Shown: piece by piece, positions 23,355-38,249 of the stretch
How the letters are laid out: each line of letters opens with the position of its first letter
How positions within the stretch are numbered: the stretch's first letter is position 1
Source: Takakia lepidozioides
Taxonomy: Eukaryota > Plantae > Bryophyta
Reading direction: 5' to 3'
Length of the DNA: 64,000 nt
Assembly: GCA_030704615.1 (NCBI GenBank)
Contig: CM060733.1
Location: 55,552,001 to 55,616,000 of the forward strand
Translations under genes and position numbers: made by a program
The notes under the pieces: model-generated
The model's database searches: none
Seen by the model: only the letters and a program-made list of their open reading frames with translations
Told to the model about the DNA's origin: nothing

Positions 23355-24213
23355 TTCATGGATCTCGCCTTTGTTTCTATGCTATTCAATCTTTGTAAGC
23401 AGAAATGGCTGCAGCCAGCAACCCATCCTTCCTGAAGACGCAGTCGTGTCTATGGTATTTAATTTACTCATTGTGAACAGATAGCCAGCTGCCCCCAGGT
23501 ACAATGTGAAGCCATGTATGTGCGATAGGGTCAAATAATGTTGGTTGATTTCATGCACAACATGCCGTGCATACTCTCTACTCCGGAGCAGAGGAATTGT
23601 TCAAAAGGTACTTTTCCGACGTAGCCCTAATCTTTCAGATTGAGGTTTTGATGTTACCCATGCATGCACCTGAAATTAGACCACACTGCATGGGAATACA
23701 AAAGATAATTGAAATCCAATCTAGTATGATCTAGAAAAGGCGCAATATCTACAAGCCTCAAGGCTGCTCAACTTGGTTGATGTGGCGTTATGCCGTTATG
23801 CCCATGGAATCGCAGATGGATCATGTTTCGGATCATAGTAGTTTATAAAGGCTTGTGCAGTTAGGAGTTGGTTGTCCTTGTGCAATGCAAAAAATCTGAG
23901 AGCTGCCCATCTCTCATAGTTGTGCGAGTCCTAGAAAAGCAGAAAAAGAAAACAGAAGAAAAACAAATCACTCTAGTCTAGACCAGGTGGGGCTTTGTGA
24001 GATTGTCACAGCATGACACTGGTCCAAACAAACTAGTCTGTTCTGGAATAGCAGCACTATGCTTTGAACATGAATTGTGGGAAATAGGAATTTGATTGAA
24101 ATTGACACAGGAAAAGGTCAATCGGAGCATCCAACATCTGCCAACAGGTGAGTTATGAGGCCATGGATAACGAAGTGAGCATTTATATTTGAAAGAACAG
24201 TTGTATGGGAAAC

Positions 24214-27200
24214 CTACAATTGTGCTACATGAGATGTGGGCGAGATAGAGGCAATTCGTTTCAGACAATCAGTTCTGAGTGGGGTCTCGGAGAAGATGGC
24301 ATTGACAAGTTTTTCCACCTGCAACCCCCACACCAAAGCAGGCCTTCGTCAATAAGAAAACCTGTCAAAATCAAAGACACAGCTCAACAAGCTTGAAGCC
24401 TTTGGAATCCTTCTTGCCTTGCAATCCCGCATGCCACCATCAGCATCAATGCAGGGATTTTCTGTAACATCCTTGAACGTCTCATGCATGGGCCTTTCCC
24501 TCCTGATGTGATCATTGATTTCCATGTGACAGCTGAAGTTTCCACCCATCACAGAAGGACTATGCGAATCTATGCATGTGGAAGGACATTAGATAATGGA
24601 CCAACAACGTGCAGTACAACGATTTTACCTCAGGAAGAGAAAATCCACACAAACTCAGGTCTCCACTCTCCCAGGCTTGCGTGATTGGTCTTAGCGACAT
24701 GTCCAACAAATCTGTGAGGCCAATGAAGCATCCACCAGTGACCAAAAAGCACCACTAAGTGGGAGATCCTTCTCTATACAAGTCCTCACAAAGACAATCA
24801 AGTGATAGCTAGTAATGTGAGTGATCACCAGGTACGTTTATAAGAGGATCTTGCTTCTGAAAATCCTAATCGCAACTGTAACCTGAAAGATAATGCATAC
24901 AGTTGTCTATGCCCTCACATCCACCACTGTCACCTTCCAACTGCAGGTACCAATCATGTCATAAGATGACCCACTGTGTTAGGCCCGAAGAAGCAACAGA
25001 GGCCTGAAAATATGCACTTGCCAGTAAGACGCGCCAGCTTCTGCCATGAGGGGACCAACTTCTTTATTGTGTCATCCGTTTGACTACCATCTATTCCGTC
25101 CACTTCCACTTCACCAGTGCCCGTCCCAAGCAATGGAGACAGCCCCTCCAGGGCAACAAGCATCAATTTTCGCAGCTGCATGCATGCATTCACAATCCAT
25201 CAACAACAAAATACAGATCACCACCTAAAAGTTGCTCATTAATGCTAGTACCCAAGGAATGAACCACCCGTGGCCTGCCCTCATTTCCACAAATGATGGG
25301 AGCAACAAACAAGTTGCGGTGCACATGCGCCATATAAACTCAATTTCTTTGGGTCTCTCATACATATAAGACAATTTTCTTGTTCTTTTTCTCTCTAGTA
25401 CGCATGGAACAAGCTGGTACCTGTTCACTTTCTTCGACTGAGATATCATCCAAAGCAAGCACTTCAGTGGTCAGCCGAGCAACCACAGTCTCTACAAGCC
25501 TGCCCATCAGTTTGTTGCACACACTGCCCAGCAGTACTGGTTCCCATATCATCCTCACCCTCTCCAACACCGTTACTGCCTGGCAGTATGAATACAAGTT
25601 CTCAAGGATCAGTGACTCCAGGAGATACACACTGCGTAGAGGCACCCATAGAGGTATATACAACACCAGTCAGCACCAGCTACCAGGAGGTCAACTCTGT
25701 ACAATACTACTTGTAAAGAAGCAGGGCACAGCAAACAACCACCATATTCACAGCATTAGACGGACGAAGAAAGACATGACTTGCCAGATTGGAAGAAAGG
25801 AATGTACTCATTGATTGTCCCTATGATGGCTATGGTGTACCCCTTCAGGTCATAGTCCCTGCAGGAGACCAACCAACCATCCCAGAGCCAATCTTGCATT
25901 CTTCACGCACCAGGGTAGAGTGACAGAGAGAGCAAGCTTGGCCACACTCCACTGCTTAGGCTGCATTTGATGTATTTCTCTGATTGTCTGGGTCAGCATT
26001 TCTCCACTTGCTAAGGGTTTTATCATGGTTGTGGTCTCTTACAATGTTTTCAGCCCCCTGATCAAAGGAGGGTCCAACTTTGCCTGTCTAAGTTTGAATC
26101 AAGGCATGCTATGCTCCACAAAAAGGAGTCAAAGGTTTGGTGGGTTTAGGCAAGGACCTGCTGGATTGCACTGCTGGCAATTTGAAATTGCTTCTTCTGG
26201 TCTGTAGATTTAAATCCATTTGCACGATCTAGACCCTGCAACAACATCCTACCATCAACACAACTTCAAAAGAGTAGTTTTTCTTGCACCACTGGTTCAA
26301 ATGAGTTGCACTACGCCTACCTGCAGAACATATAGACTCCCACCCTTTCATTATGGATCCTACAGGTTTCTTCTACTGTGGTCCTGCCTGAAGTCTCCAA
26401 ATCCAAGGGAACGAGGGCTTGCCCCATAAGCAATCTTTCTGATACATGAATTGTACAATTCTCAATATGGAAACTCAGCTTATAACATATACAAACAGGA
26501 GGTAGAACTCACCTCCATGAGATCCAACTCAATCAGGTGAACCTGTCCCTCAAGAATCTCACAGCCCATTCTCCGAAAAAGAGGGACCAGGTCCACAAAC
26601 GAGAAAATTTTCTGAACATTGGAGGGGAGAGCAGCACGGTACTGCACACACCCATGGACTCACTGAATTTACATTCAATAACCTCCAGGACAGTTGGCTG
26701 TCCAATCATATACGTATGAAATCAGTGTGATGAAAGCAGCTTTAAGAAAAATGCAAAGTATCTTGTTGGAGCTAACACTTACCCTGACATACTTATTTTT
26801 CAAGCTAAGGGCTTTCCAACCAACTGATTTGGTCATATTTTGTAGAACGCTCCAGTTGGAAGAGTCATCGAGGTTCACAAATTTCTTTTCATGAACACTG
26901 TCTATGTCTTCACCTGACTAGTCTTGATGTGTTCATTTCTAAGGACTGCTGGCACAAGAAGTAACCGATTTCTCTCCAGAAACCAAAAGCATAACCCTCC
27001 AAAGCTTGACGGCCTGATTAGAAATGAAACTTTCCAATAGACCATGCCACTCACCATGGCTCAGATCTGTGAGAAGAGGTCTGACCCCGCCATACAGCAA
27101 GAACAAATTTCCTCTATTATGGATAAACACGTAGTGATAAATTTACAATTGTAGGTTACTCTTCCATTCAGCTAACAGAGCAAACTTAGTTAAGTGGGGG

Positions 27201-30200
27201 CACAAACCTGAAAGGCAAGAAAGAGAAGATGATGGGCGATATAGAAGCAGTCATTGTGGCAAAGTGCTGCCACCTGGTGGATGCTGTTTAGCTGTGCCGC
27301 CACCTGGACATACACGCACCATAGGCTTCATGAGAATGTACTCATAAGACTTTGTTTGCCGCAGCCTTTACTTCACGAGAGAGAGCAAGAGACAGAAATC
27401 ACAGAAAAGAAACAGCGAAAGCGACAGACAGGGAAAGGGGTACACATCAATGTGAAACAGTGAAAGTGACCAATTTGTGATGCAGAATATTTGATAAGAT
27501 CTTCATTCAAAGTTTCATCGTAGTTGACAAATAGGAGGTCTATGCAGACCAGCCATGTAGGACCCATACATGAAGACAGAAAAAACATGGAGCATCCCTG
27601 GGAGGATCAAGGGTCACGAGTGAGGATGATAGGAGACCATGAGAAAAGGTCTGCTTGTTTCATGCCCATCTTTCTAGGTGTACCAGGATATGGGGAGAGG
27701 GAAAGGGTGGGAAAAATCCAAGAAGGGCAGCATAAAAGGGAAGGACTGAGAGGAGATCGTACCTTCACAGGAACAACAGCGCGATAGAGAAGAAGAGCAT
27801 CACGAGCAGCATGGTAGAGTTCTACTGCTGTACGTGAGGTTGACAGACATGCATCCTGCATCCCAAGCAGGTAAAAATTACAACTAAACCTGCATACATT
27901 TCAGGGTCACACCATTTTAAAGTTGCAGGGAGGAGACCATGGAAAACCATCTCCTAAACACAAGGTGGCACTCGGTGCTAACAACATGCTAGCCAAACTG
28001 CAGATTGAAGGCCACCACTGGCAGATCTACGTGGAAGGCTAGTCAGGTTGTCTCCTACATTGTCAGGACTTCCCTCAACATACATACATACAGATATCAC
28101 AAATGTACCTCCAGAGTCTGATGTACTATCTCCATAAGGTGCTTAGCTGGGTAGGTAATGGCATAGATCTCTTCTTGCCAGAATGGCACATCATCGCTCT
28201 CATCCCTGTCTTTTTTGGTCTTCTCCTCAGTGTTGGCCTGATCACCACATGTTTTAACATAAGTACAACAATAAAAATAAGGCAGGTTAGCTTAGCTTGA
28301 GAACATTCCCACATAAGATGGGATACTTCATGCAAGAAAGATGCTGTGCCTATCTTCTTGACCTACCCTTCTCGCTCTTTCCTTGTCTCTCTCTTCTTTT
28401 TCTCTTGTAATCCTACCTAGGCCCTTGAATCCTCTCTCTCTGTGTAAGTGGCCTCCAGCTACGAGAATCCGAAGTGCCGGGCAGCTAACCTGCAAGAAAC
28501 ATTCCATTTCTGAGAAAAAGCTTGAGGTTTTTTCCAGTTTCAAGTCGTTCTCTCTTTAGGTGCACTGTTTGACATATGTCCTCTGGGCATCTGCAAACGA
28601 ATAAATTTCTCCTCTTAAGCCCAGAATGCTTACCACAAAAAGACTGTAATTGGATTGAACCAGCATATCACGGGCTTTGGCGAGAACATGCTTCTTCTTC
28701 TTCAATGCAAAGTGGACCTCCACCTCTGACGAGAATTTACTTAGTCTGTCGCCTTTGGTCTCATCCCAGTCAGGAATCAGACCCTCTTTCCCCAAAGAAG
28801 CCTCAAATTCAGCTGTCATTTTTGCCAGCTCCTGGAACGCTGCAAGCTCTGAGGTCTCATTTGGCACAGCCTGCATTAAAATGTGAAGCAAACAAGTTTT
28901 GGGGCTGTTTCTTTTAACAATTCCATGCGGAGCCTGAATGGATTCACTTGCCGCTGGGCTATAGTGCCTTAGCAAAGCACATCCTCATGGATGCAAGTAC
29001 AAATACAGGGCCAACTCCTTACATGCAAACATCTATTTACCAAGACTATCAGGTTACTATTTGCTATATCACCAGCATACTACTCTCTAAAAAATTTCTA
29101 ATCTTGACATGAAACTCAACGTCCCTGAGAGACACTTCAAGGCCTTGTGAAGAATACCATCGTGGATTAACAGCTGACAACACAAATCTCGAGGGCTATG
29201 ATACAGTATGGAGACAGAACCTTGCTAAGGCAGTTGAAAATGATGGCCTCCGCCAGCCTAGGCCAAATCACCCGCCCTAGGCGCCGCATCCACAGGTCAT
29301 TATTGGCCAGCAGGTTTGCCCGCAGAAACTTGAAGACATGGAGAAGCTTTGCATAAAAATCTGGGTGCCGTGGTTTTTCTGACTGAAAGTAGGAACACAC
29401 ACACCCCCCCCAACCCACCCACCCATCGACCCAAAAGAAAAGCAAAGCCCCATCCCACATGAAATGAGTAGATCGACTACATTAGAGATGAAAGTTAAGG
29501 GATACTAAAGCCGCTGCCCATAATTTCAACTGAGAAAACAGCTATTATAGATTTTCCTCGAAACTTGTAACCAATCTGGAAAGTTGCAAACTTATTGGGA
29601 GATGGAAGTTGCATAGAGGCCACGCCTAAGAGAAGAGTAGCAATGGGCCACATTGCTGAAGGTTTGCTTCCAGTAGCTCTGGACTTTCACAACCTCCATA
29701 ACTGCAACATGGCTTTGATGGAAAATCTGTCCGGGCTTTTATACCTGTAGTTAAATCTGTATGGCAGTGATGAAGACTTTCAAAAGGAACCCAAAAAGTG
29801 CCGTAGACATCTTGTAATTGGTCAGTGCCCACCCAGTTATGGGAAGGAGCAGAGGAAAAAAATAGCTATCAAGGCATTACCATACACTACTTGAGTAAAG
29901 GGGACTGTACTGCAGCAAGAAATGGACCAATAAATTTTGGGTGGGCCCTTGAGGTACTATTTGGTTTCCACTTTCACCCAATAACCTCAAAGGACCTCAA
30001 TAGGGGAAGTGGTGCAGAGAGAGACAGGCAGACAGACAGAGAGAAGTGATATCAGCGTGCACCTGAGTTTCCTGGCTTAAACCCCAGCTAAGAAGAGTTT
30101 TTCCTGGTGTGTCTGCACTGCTCAAGGGTCCTCCAGACGCCACATCAATTTGAGGGTTACAGAGGATCGGGTCTAGAACTTGCTTGAACACCATGTCTGC

Positions 30201-32568
30201 TACTGTCGCAAGCCTGGTGTCCAGCACTCCCATGTTCTGCACAAACAGGGCAGAGTGAAAGGAATCTGTCATCCAAGAGTGATGAAGAGTGATGAGTGAA
30301 CATTGACCAGGGTGAATCCTAGCCAAGTCCATCTCCCTTCCTCTCTTTCTCTTAGCACACCCTTGCTCAACATCTCAAGGTCCCCTCAAAGTAATGTTAT
30401 AAATTCCTGTCCTCAAATAAAAGCCTTCAGCCCTCATACCATTCTTCAATATGTACTTTCTATGCAGCCACCTATATTATTACAACTAGCCTGTGACTAT
30501 GTAGGATCAATTGGGATGCAATGAGAGTTCAGTTTCCAGGAGCAAATGGAGACACAGATAACCAAAAAAGAGGAATACAAAGACCCACTCTTATGCACAT
30601 AAGCCCATACTCTAGTTACAGAAAACACCCAAAGACATGCCAAGTCGTGAGAATCTACTCTTTAATTGTTACCATAATGGGTTTTATGCCTGTAATGATA
30701 GACAACCAGAGAAAGAAAATAACATCCATCTATGAAGGTACAAAAATATGCAGCACAATTGGAGAACATACATCCATTGCAGAGAGAATGGTGGTGAGCT
30801 GCACTTCAGAGATGGCCACCCCAGCATTGGAACTCCCACAGGAAACGCATGAGCAGACACAAAGCTCTGATATCCTCTCATCCAGCACAAATGCTTGAGA
30901 AAACAGGTCCTCCAGAAGGCTCCTCAACTGCGACAGGCAAAAAGTTTGAATATTAGAACACCGACAAATCCTGATACTGATTATCACCTTCTGTCTCCAG
31001 CTGCGGAGATCCCTGTCTGTAAGATATGCCTCATGACTGTGTATACAAATAAAGTCACTTGAGGCAGGCAGAAGAACAAAATAATCACTTGGGACACCCG
31101 CATGCCGAAGCATGTGGACCTTGTAACTTCATCCATCAATTAAGTGTCCTTGAAGCTTTCAGTAGTCAATGTCAGTCACTATAGACCACATGGTCAAATC
31201 TGCTGGTTTGGTAATTGGTTTGTTTGTAGTTCCCAGAACTGTAGAGCATATAGACAGGCAGTGTTGAATGCGAGGTCCTCACTCCAACCACAGAATACCC
31301 TGACTGTAAAATGCTGTTTTTTTAACTTGCACAGAGTCAACATTCACCACAGAACAGCCAGGGTACCTCCATAAACTAACTTCAACATTGAAGTCACTAG
31401 ATCTTGCAGGTTTGCAGGGGGTTTAACCCACAGTGAAATTCCACTGGAGAAAGTCTTATTCACAAGATGGTGCTCAAACTTTCCACTGTTAAACAGACTG
31501 ATGGGCTTTCAAGACTCACCAAAGAACAGCCAATTACCAAGATAGCTCCACAAACTAACCTCAACATGGAACTCACCAGATCTTGGAGGGTTTTGCAGGG
31601 TGTTTAACCAACTATGCAACTCAACTGGAGAAACTCTTATTATCTTGTGAGATGAATCGCCTCGTCTTGAACGGATTCGGATTTGTGAACCTCTGTTTTT
31701 CCTCTTCCACCTCAAGGAAGGGACAGATAACCCAGCACCACAACACTTCACTTCAAATACTAGGGCTTTGGACTCACAACAGGGCTCGGTTAGGTCAATT
31801 CTAGTGTGGTTGATTGCTTTGTTGATATGACCTACAGCACAATTCCAATCAATATTAGGGTTTATGGGGTGGCAAACGAAGATATGTCGAAGGACGGAGA
31901 GAAAGATAAAGACAGCTTACTTTTGAATAGTAGTTCGCCCATGCATCTTGTAACAAAATGAATGCTCTCAACTCTCCTTCATCTCCTCCCTCCTGTTGAT
32001 CGTCTCTCTCTCCTGTCCAATCGGCAGGTAGGCCCAGAGCTATCCGTATTTGACTAAGGGCTACAGCTGCCTCCACCAATCGGCCTTGATGGAATTCTCT
32101 CTCTGTGCTCAGTAGTCGTTCATGAAGTTCAGCTATGGCTTGTACCACAGCGATTGTTTCATCCCTCTCTTCCTCCTCTCCACGCAACCTCCCTACCTCA
32201 GCTGCTAGCTCACAAATTTCTAAATCAAAAGAAAAACCTGCCCTGAAATCACCACCACTCTTTCGGTCCCTTCCTTTAGCCCCACTGCCACTCTCCCCCA
32301 ATAATTCAAAAATTGACTCCAGTTCTCTAGCCACAGATTCAACATCTGTGACAGCCCCATTGGCACCATTTATTATGCCTAAAAATTCCTGGTAATGCTT
32401 TGTTACAGTTCTGTAGACACGATCTTTAATCTCTTCAGACCGAGATTCGATCCTGTCTAAAAGCATGCGGAGATCCGAGGCGGACAAGGGGGCCGATTCA
32501 TCTTGTTCAGCTCCTGGAGAAAAAGATACCAACTCCTGGAGGCTGGGCCCTGCAGAGAGCATCCCCAT
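24214..32568 (-). CDS. ZW10: ZW10 homolog (kinetochore / Dsl1-complex MIP1), multi-exon
   Basis: GT-AG exons at about 32568-31921, 30927-30772, 30236-30062, 29383-29220, 28871-28632, 28200-28107, 27856-27761, 27304-27208, 26642-26514, 26236-26159, 25579-25421, 25173-25013, 24712-24629 and 24318-24214. Motifs LYHAARDALLLYRAVVPVK, CHNDCFY, LLDMSLRPITQAWESG, NAIFSETPLRTDCL. Confidence 0.9.
31372..31645. repeat. About 180-bp-period degenerate duplication in ZW10 intron 1
   Basis: AAACTAACYTCAACATKGAA...TTTAACC at about 31373 and 31552. Confidence 0.7.
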
Positions 32569-33264
32569 AGCTACAAAATACTCTCAAAAAGTGCAACTTT
32601 GCAACAACCCCAACACAACAATGACCATCCATCCAACAAAAGGGCTCGTTTCACTGAAGTAGCAGACCGCAGCCATCTCATCAGTCTCATCCCAGGGCTG
32701 AATGCAAACCAGATTATACTGCTCTACACCGGCCCTCATCTTGCTTCTTCATTCGGCTCCTCATCTCCAGATCTTTAGAATCCACCAAATGAGTGGATTA
32801 TACAAACAACAGAGGGCCCTGTCTTCCAATTGCAGCCTATGTCAAAGAATTTCCTTGCCCTAATAGACACTTCTACACTTTCCAAATGCCACAAGAGCAA
32901 TCTCAATCTTCTCCTCAACCTGCAATGTAAACCAGTCTAATCCTACGACATGAAATTCTTCGTAGAATTCTAAACTCTCACTCGAATCTCCATTCACTCC
33001 AGATCCGCGATGGCTCGACCAGCGATTCCTCACGGGAGTGCAGGTGCAGACTGATTCGAGCTCTGAGTCTGCCTGGGATTAGTCCTCGCTTGCCTTCCTT
33101 GTTTGGATTTGAACCCCGAATCACCTTTTTCGCGGCCGATTTTTCCTACCATTTACCACTACCATTTACGTCGACTCACTGTCTTTACAATCGGAGGGTT
33201 GAGATGCGCTGAATGTCCAGATCACGGAGGAAAAGAAGAGAGTTTTGGAAAGAGCATTCGTATC

Positions 33265-33510
33265 TTCCCTTGCTTACTCTAATGTCCTCGGGGGGAGAGA
33301 CAAACATAAAGTTTCTTTAACGTCCAGTGAATTTACAGAGCCTCGGGGGGGAGAGAGAAAGGAAAAGAAGAGTGTTGGAAAGAATATACTAGAATCTACT
33401 AGAATATACTGCTTACTCTATGTAAGAATATAGAATATACTAGAATATACTTCTTACTCTATGTCTTTCCAGGCTTCTTGTGGTGACTCGTCCTCGGGGG
33501 GAGAGAGAAA
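33265..33510. repeat. Short dispersed repeats between the divergent ZW10 and IGPS starts
   Basis: CCTCGGGGG(G)GAGAGA x3, TAGAATATACT x3 or more, CTTACTCTA x3. Confidence 0.8.
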
Positions 33511-33671
33511 GGAGATGATGCGCGCGAGGTTGATGGAGAGTGTTGACAAGATTTTCGGAGATGGAGTCGTATAAGTAGGTGAGTGATTGAGAGGGTAATG
33601 GAGGAGCAGTTGTGTTGGTTTTGCAGTTAGAATTCGAAGTGCCAGGGGAAGTTGAGTGCTTGGATTGAGAG

Positions 33672-36600
33672 ATGGCTATGGCGATTGGTGGCTCAATCAC
33701 GTCGTCGGCAGTTCGCGGCCTCCCATCCTCGAAAATTTCTGCTACAGGGCCTTCTTGTTGCCGTTCAGCTTCTTCCTCTGTCTGCGTGCGGGGATTTCAG
33801 AGCAGCTTTGTGGGATCTAAATTGGCCTGGTTTCTGCCTGAGAAGGTCCGGGCGTCGAATTGTGAGCAGGGTATTGTCTCCTCTGTTGTTGAGGTAGGTT
33901 TTGGTTCCATGCCTTGGTTGTTGTAGAGATAGAGGTCATTTTTCCTTCCGATACACATCTCTACACAGTTCAGGCACAGCAGAGTGTCACTTCTGTTACT
34001 TTCTAATTTCTTGTGCTTTTTTATGCACCGTTTTTTTTGCAGCCAGAGAACGATGCTGAGGTCCTCGGAGCCTTTAACCTCAACCCTGAAGGACAGGTTT
34101 TGGAATTTCAACCTTCCAGCAATATGCCCGTGATTCCGCCTGAATGGAAGGAGAGAGAAGAGAAGAGGAAAGCAGACGAGCTGGTGAGAAATGGGCAAGG
34201 CATCACAATTCGGCGAAGGCCTCCAACAGGCCCCCCACTGCACAATGTAGGACCCTTTCAGTTTAAGATTCAAAGCGAGGGTAACACTCCCCGCAACATT
34301 CTGGAAGAAATCATCTGGCATAAGGATGTTGAAGTTAACCAGGTATTGGTGTTATGCAATCTTTTGCTCTTATGCAGACTATTTCTTTGTGGGGTATAAT
34401 TGAGTGAGGTTTGTGACCAGTGGATCCACACTTTGGACTCCTGGACTGAAGTTTGTGATCTTTTGGTTTAAATCATCTTCACTCCCTCTAGTGGTAAAGT
34501 CCTGTCAGTTTATTATTTTGCAGATGAAAGAGAGGACTCCTCTTATTACATTGGCAAAAGCTATGCCAGGTGTAGGTCAAACAAAGGACTTTGTTGGAGC
34601 ATTGAAAGCACGGGCAGCTGAAACAGGAAAGCCAGCACTGATTGCTGAAGTGAAGAAAGCCTCACCTAGCCGAGGTGTTATCCAGCCTAACTTCGATCCT
34701 GTAAGTTTTCCCCCTTTCTGCATGTCTGCTTTCAGAAAGTGTGGGAGTACTATGCAGGGTGGAGGTTGTACTGCTTCCCCTCAGTCTGTTTATGTCAACT
34801 TTTGGTATGACATATTAAGTGGGATCTTGCAGGTTCGGATAGCGAAAGCATACGAAGAAGGTGGTGCTGCATGCTTGAGTGTGCTAACAGACTCGAAATA
34901 TTTTCAGGGAGGCTTTGAGAACTTGCAACTGATTCGCGCAGCTGGTGTTCAGGTACATTGATGAGAAAATTATGCTTCTAGCAAGCAGTTGTAGGATTCA
35001 ACAAAGATGAAGGTTTTATGTCCTCTTGAATGTTGCAGACTTTATTGATTGTCAACAAACAGTGGCACTTCTTTTTGCAATGCCATGGGCTCTTGGAATT
35101 CTATTTTCTGACTGCACCTTAATTTCCTTGGACTGGCAGTTGCATATGTTTGAGCTATGCCAGCTTAAACATGTCCCAAGACAAATGTAGTGTTGATTAT
35201 ATTCTGCCAACCAAATTGGGATTATTGGCAATGGTAGATGGTATTATATTAAGAACTGGTGCAATTTCTGTTGCTATCTTAAAGATCATTTCCCCCTGTA
35301 CATATAAGATGAAGAAGAGTGACAACCCCGGTGACTGCCCTTTGCATGATCATGGAACATGCATGTGCATTAAGTATAGACATTGAAACACTGCCTTGTT
35401 ATGGGGGTCATGCAGTGCCCGCTCCTGTGCAAGGAGTTTATTATTGATGCATGGCAAATATACAAAGCGCGTGTCAGTGGTGCCGACGCCATACTCCTGA
35501 TAGCTGCGGTTCTCCCTGATCAGGATCTCTTGTACATGAGCAAGATTGCCAAGTCTCTTGGGATGGCTTCCCTCATTGAGGTCTACAGCTCACTTTATAA
35601 CTTCCAAGTCATTCTTGTATCATGTTTGGGTCGAGAGGGTCCCTTGCAACTGCATTCAATATTTTCTCTACTTACCTTGTTGCAGACAGCTCCAACCTTT
35701 ACGGGTTATAACATGCAAATGGACTTTTGGAGCAGGTGCATAGCCCACGAGAGATGAATCGAGTCCTGGCTATTCCAAGTGTCCAGCTCATCGGCATCAA
35801 CAACCGGAGTCTGGGTAGGAAACACTCCCCCAGCATATACATAGAAGATAGGAAGGGGCATACATATTAGAACCCGCTTGCCCAATCCAGAGCCTCTGGA
35901 CCCAGGAGAAATGATGCTTTTAAGGTAGAAAGCAATGCATAGACAGTCAGATGACTTCATCGGCTAGTTTGACCTTGTGAGAGCAAGGTTTCTGATAATT
36001 TGACAGTTGTTGGGTTGCTTGCTGCAGAGACATTCAAAGTGGACATCAACAACACAGTGGAGCTCCTCAAGGGAGAGACGGGACAAACAATTCGCGAAAG
36101 AGGCATTATTGTAAGCAAACTGTTCTAAACACCGCTGTGTTGTTCACATCAGTTTATCACAGAACCAAATTGCGGTTTCTTCCAATCACATCACCTATCA
36201 TTTAGAGAAACTCACTAGTGGAATTCTCTTTGGTTTCTGCTTCTTGAATGAGAGCCTATGTTGTTGCAGGTGGTGGGTGAGTCAGGCCTTTTTAGTCCAG
36301 ACGATATAGCCAAGGTCCAAAGCGCAGGCGTTGGTGCAGTGAGTTTCCTTCTGTCTCCCTCTGTTTATTGAAACATCTGCAAGCCTTGGTTAGGAAAACG
36401 TTGCTCCTGATGCGAATGTCTTTGTGTGTTAGGATGCATGTGGTGAATTTATTCCTTACATCTCTTCTTGCGACTACACTGGAGATGCCCTCATGGTAGG
36501 TTGATAATCTGAGTTGTGAACTGCCATAGCTCTCTCATGGCTAGTGATGTCCCCCATGCTTTACTGTAGTGAGTCAGGATCTCTTGTTGGAACTGCAGCA

Positions 36601-37136
36601 TCAATAAAACACCGAGTCTGGTATTTCACAGCTGAAATGGCCGCAGCTTAGCTTAAATACAGTGGTCTTGTTCTATCAGTAGATCCCAGGCAACCAGCCA
36701 GGACTCAACCCAGAGAAGAGATGCACTCATTAGATTCCAATTGGTGTAGCTGTACACCAGCACTTGGTTGGGAGGTAGCAGAAAAGGGAGGTGCTGATGG
36801 GATGACCATGGCAGGACGAGACTCCTTCACATTTCTATTGATTGTGACTCTTCCTAGTTTTCTCCAGAAGCTCATTCCCACAGCTTGACTTTGTTTTCAA
36901 AGACTTTGTTTGCCGTAGCCTTGTGGCCATTGACCCCGTGCCCAGTTTGAGCGGAATAAGAGAGGAGATAGAGACAGGGGCAAAGCTTCTGACAACTCTA
37001 TGCGGGTGGATGAGTGCAGGTGTTGGTGGGTGAGTCACTGGTAAAGCAAGACAACCCAGGTGCTGGCATCGCAGGACTGTTCGGCAAAGACATCTCCCGG
37101 AAGACTGAAGCTGAATTGCCGGTTCCCGTAGCTTAA
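33672..37136 (+). CDS. IGPS: Indole-3-glycerol phosphate synthase, chloroplastic, 9 exons
   Basis: Exons about 33672-33893, 34043-34342, 34524-34700, 34833-34952, 35416-35580, 35736-35813, 36028-36110, 36270-36338, 37020-37136. Motifs [67 protein letters not shown]. Confidence 0.95.
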
Positions 37137-38249
37137 CCCCTCATTTTCAACCACATGGGGACCAGCTTGTCCCCATTTTTTGCAATCTCCCGTGCATGCA
37201 GCATAACTTGCATGCAATCTGTAGTCCAGAGTTCAGCAATTATTAGGCGAGAGCTGTATGTGTGAGGAGATGACTTTGAAAAACAATTGTATGTAACCGT
37301 GTCCTGAAAGTGATATGAAAGACAGATCGCACTATTTGGAAACCTCTATTGAGTGTTGCTTGTATTGCTTTGCAATTCCAGGGGAACAATTGACTCACAA
37401 GCCCAACCACTTCATGTCATTACATGGCAAATGGTATTGTTGTATTGATGGGAAACTCATCATGTGCTTGCCCTGAAACTCATCAAATACACAAGTGCTT
37501 TGGAAAATGTGACCAGTCACTCTATCAGACCCTGATTGTACTAAGATTCCACCTCAGATCATTTGACAACTGCTAGAAAGGCCCTCATGCAGTTTTTCTG
37601 CCTGTTTATATCACTCAGGTTTAATATGGTCATGCCATCTTAATTTAGGGCTTGTAAGAATTTGTCAAGAAGGCTTGTGACTTAAGCTGGCATGCTGATG
37701 TTTACTGGATTGGATGCTCGATTGCTTGAATTAATGATGATGGCTCTTTATTACAAAAAGGAAATACATCCAGTTCTTGTTGTTTCCCTCAGTAAGTGTT
37801 GTTTAAGGTTGTTCCCTGGTATCTGAAGGATGCTTGGAGGTTTGGTGGTTATGGCCCAGTGTTTGTGAGGCTGTGGTGCAAGCAATGGCTGCTCAACTGC
37901 CCCTTGTGGTTTTCACAGAACGGTGCAAGATTACCATACTATACCAGACTACCAAGCTTCAGATGTAAGGGCATAATTGGAGTCTTTCTTATTGAGGGCT
38001 GGTCAAACCCTTGTTGGATGAAGCTAGCACCAGTGGCCATGATACAAGATCAAGCACAGTCTGCTGATGGTTCTAATTCACATTTACACCACCAAGCTTC
38101 AGGCCAAGAATATAGCAGGTAATTTTCTGATTGTAAGGGTTTGTTCTCCAATTTAAGATGAAGACTACACTAGTTGTGTGACCTCCTTAATATGTGGCAA
38201 GGAGTACTCTGTCCTCATCAAGCAGACTATCTTGGACATCGCCGAAGAA

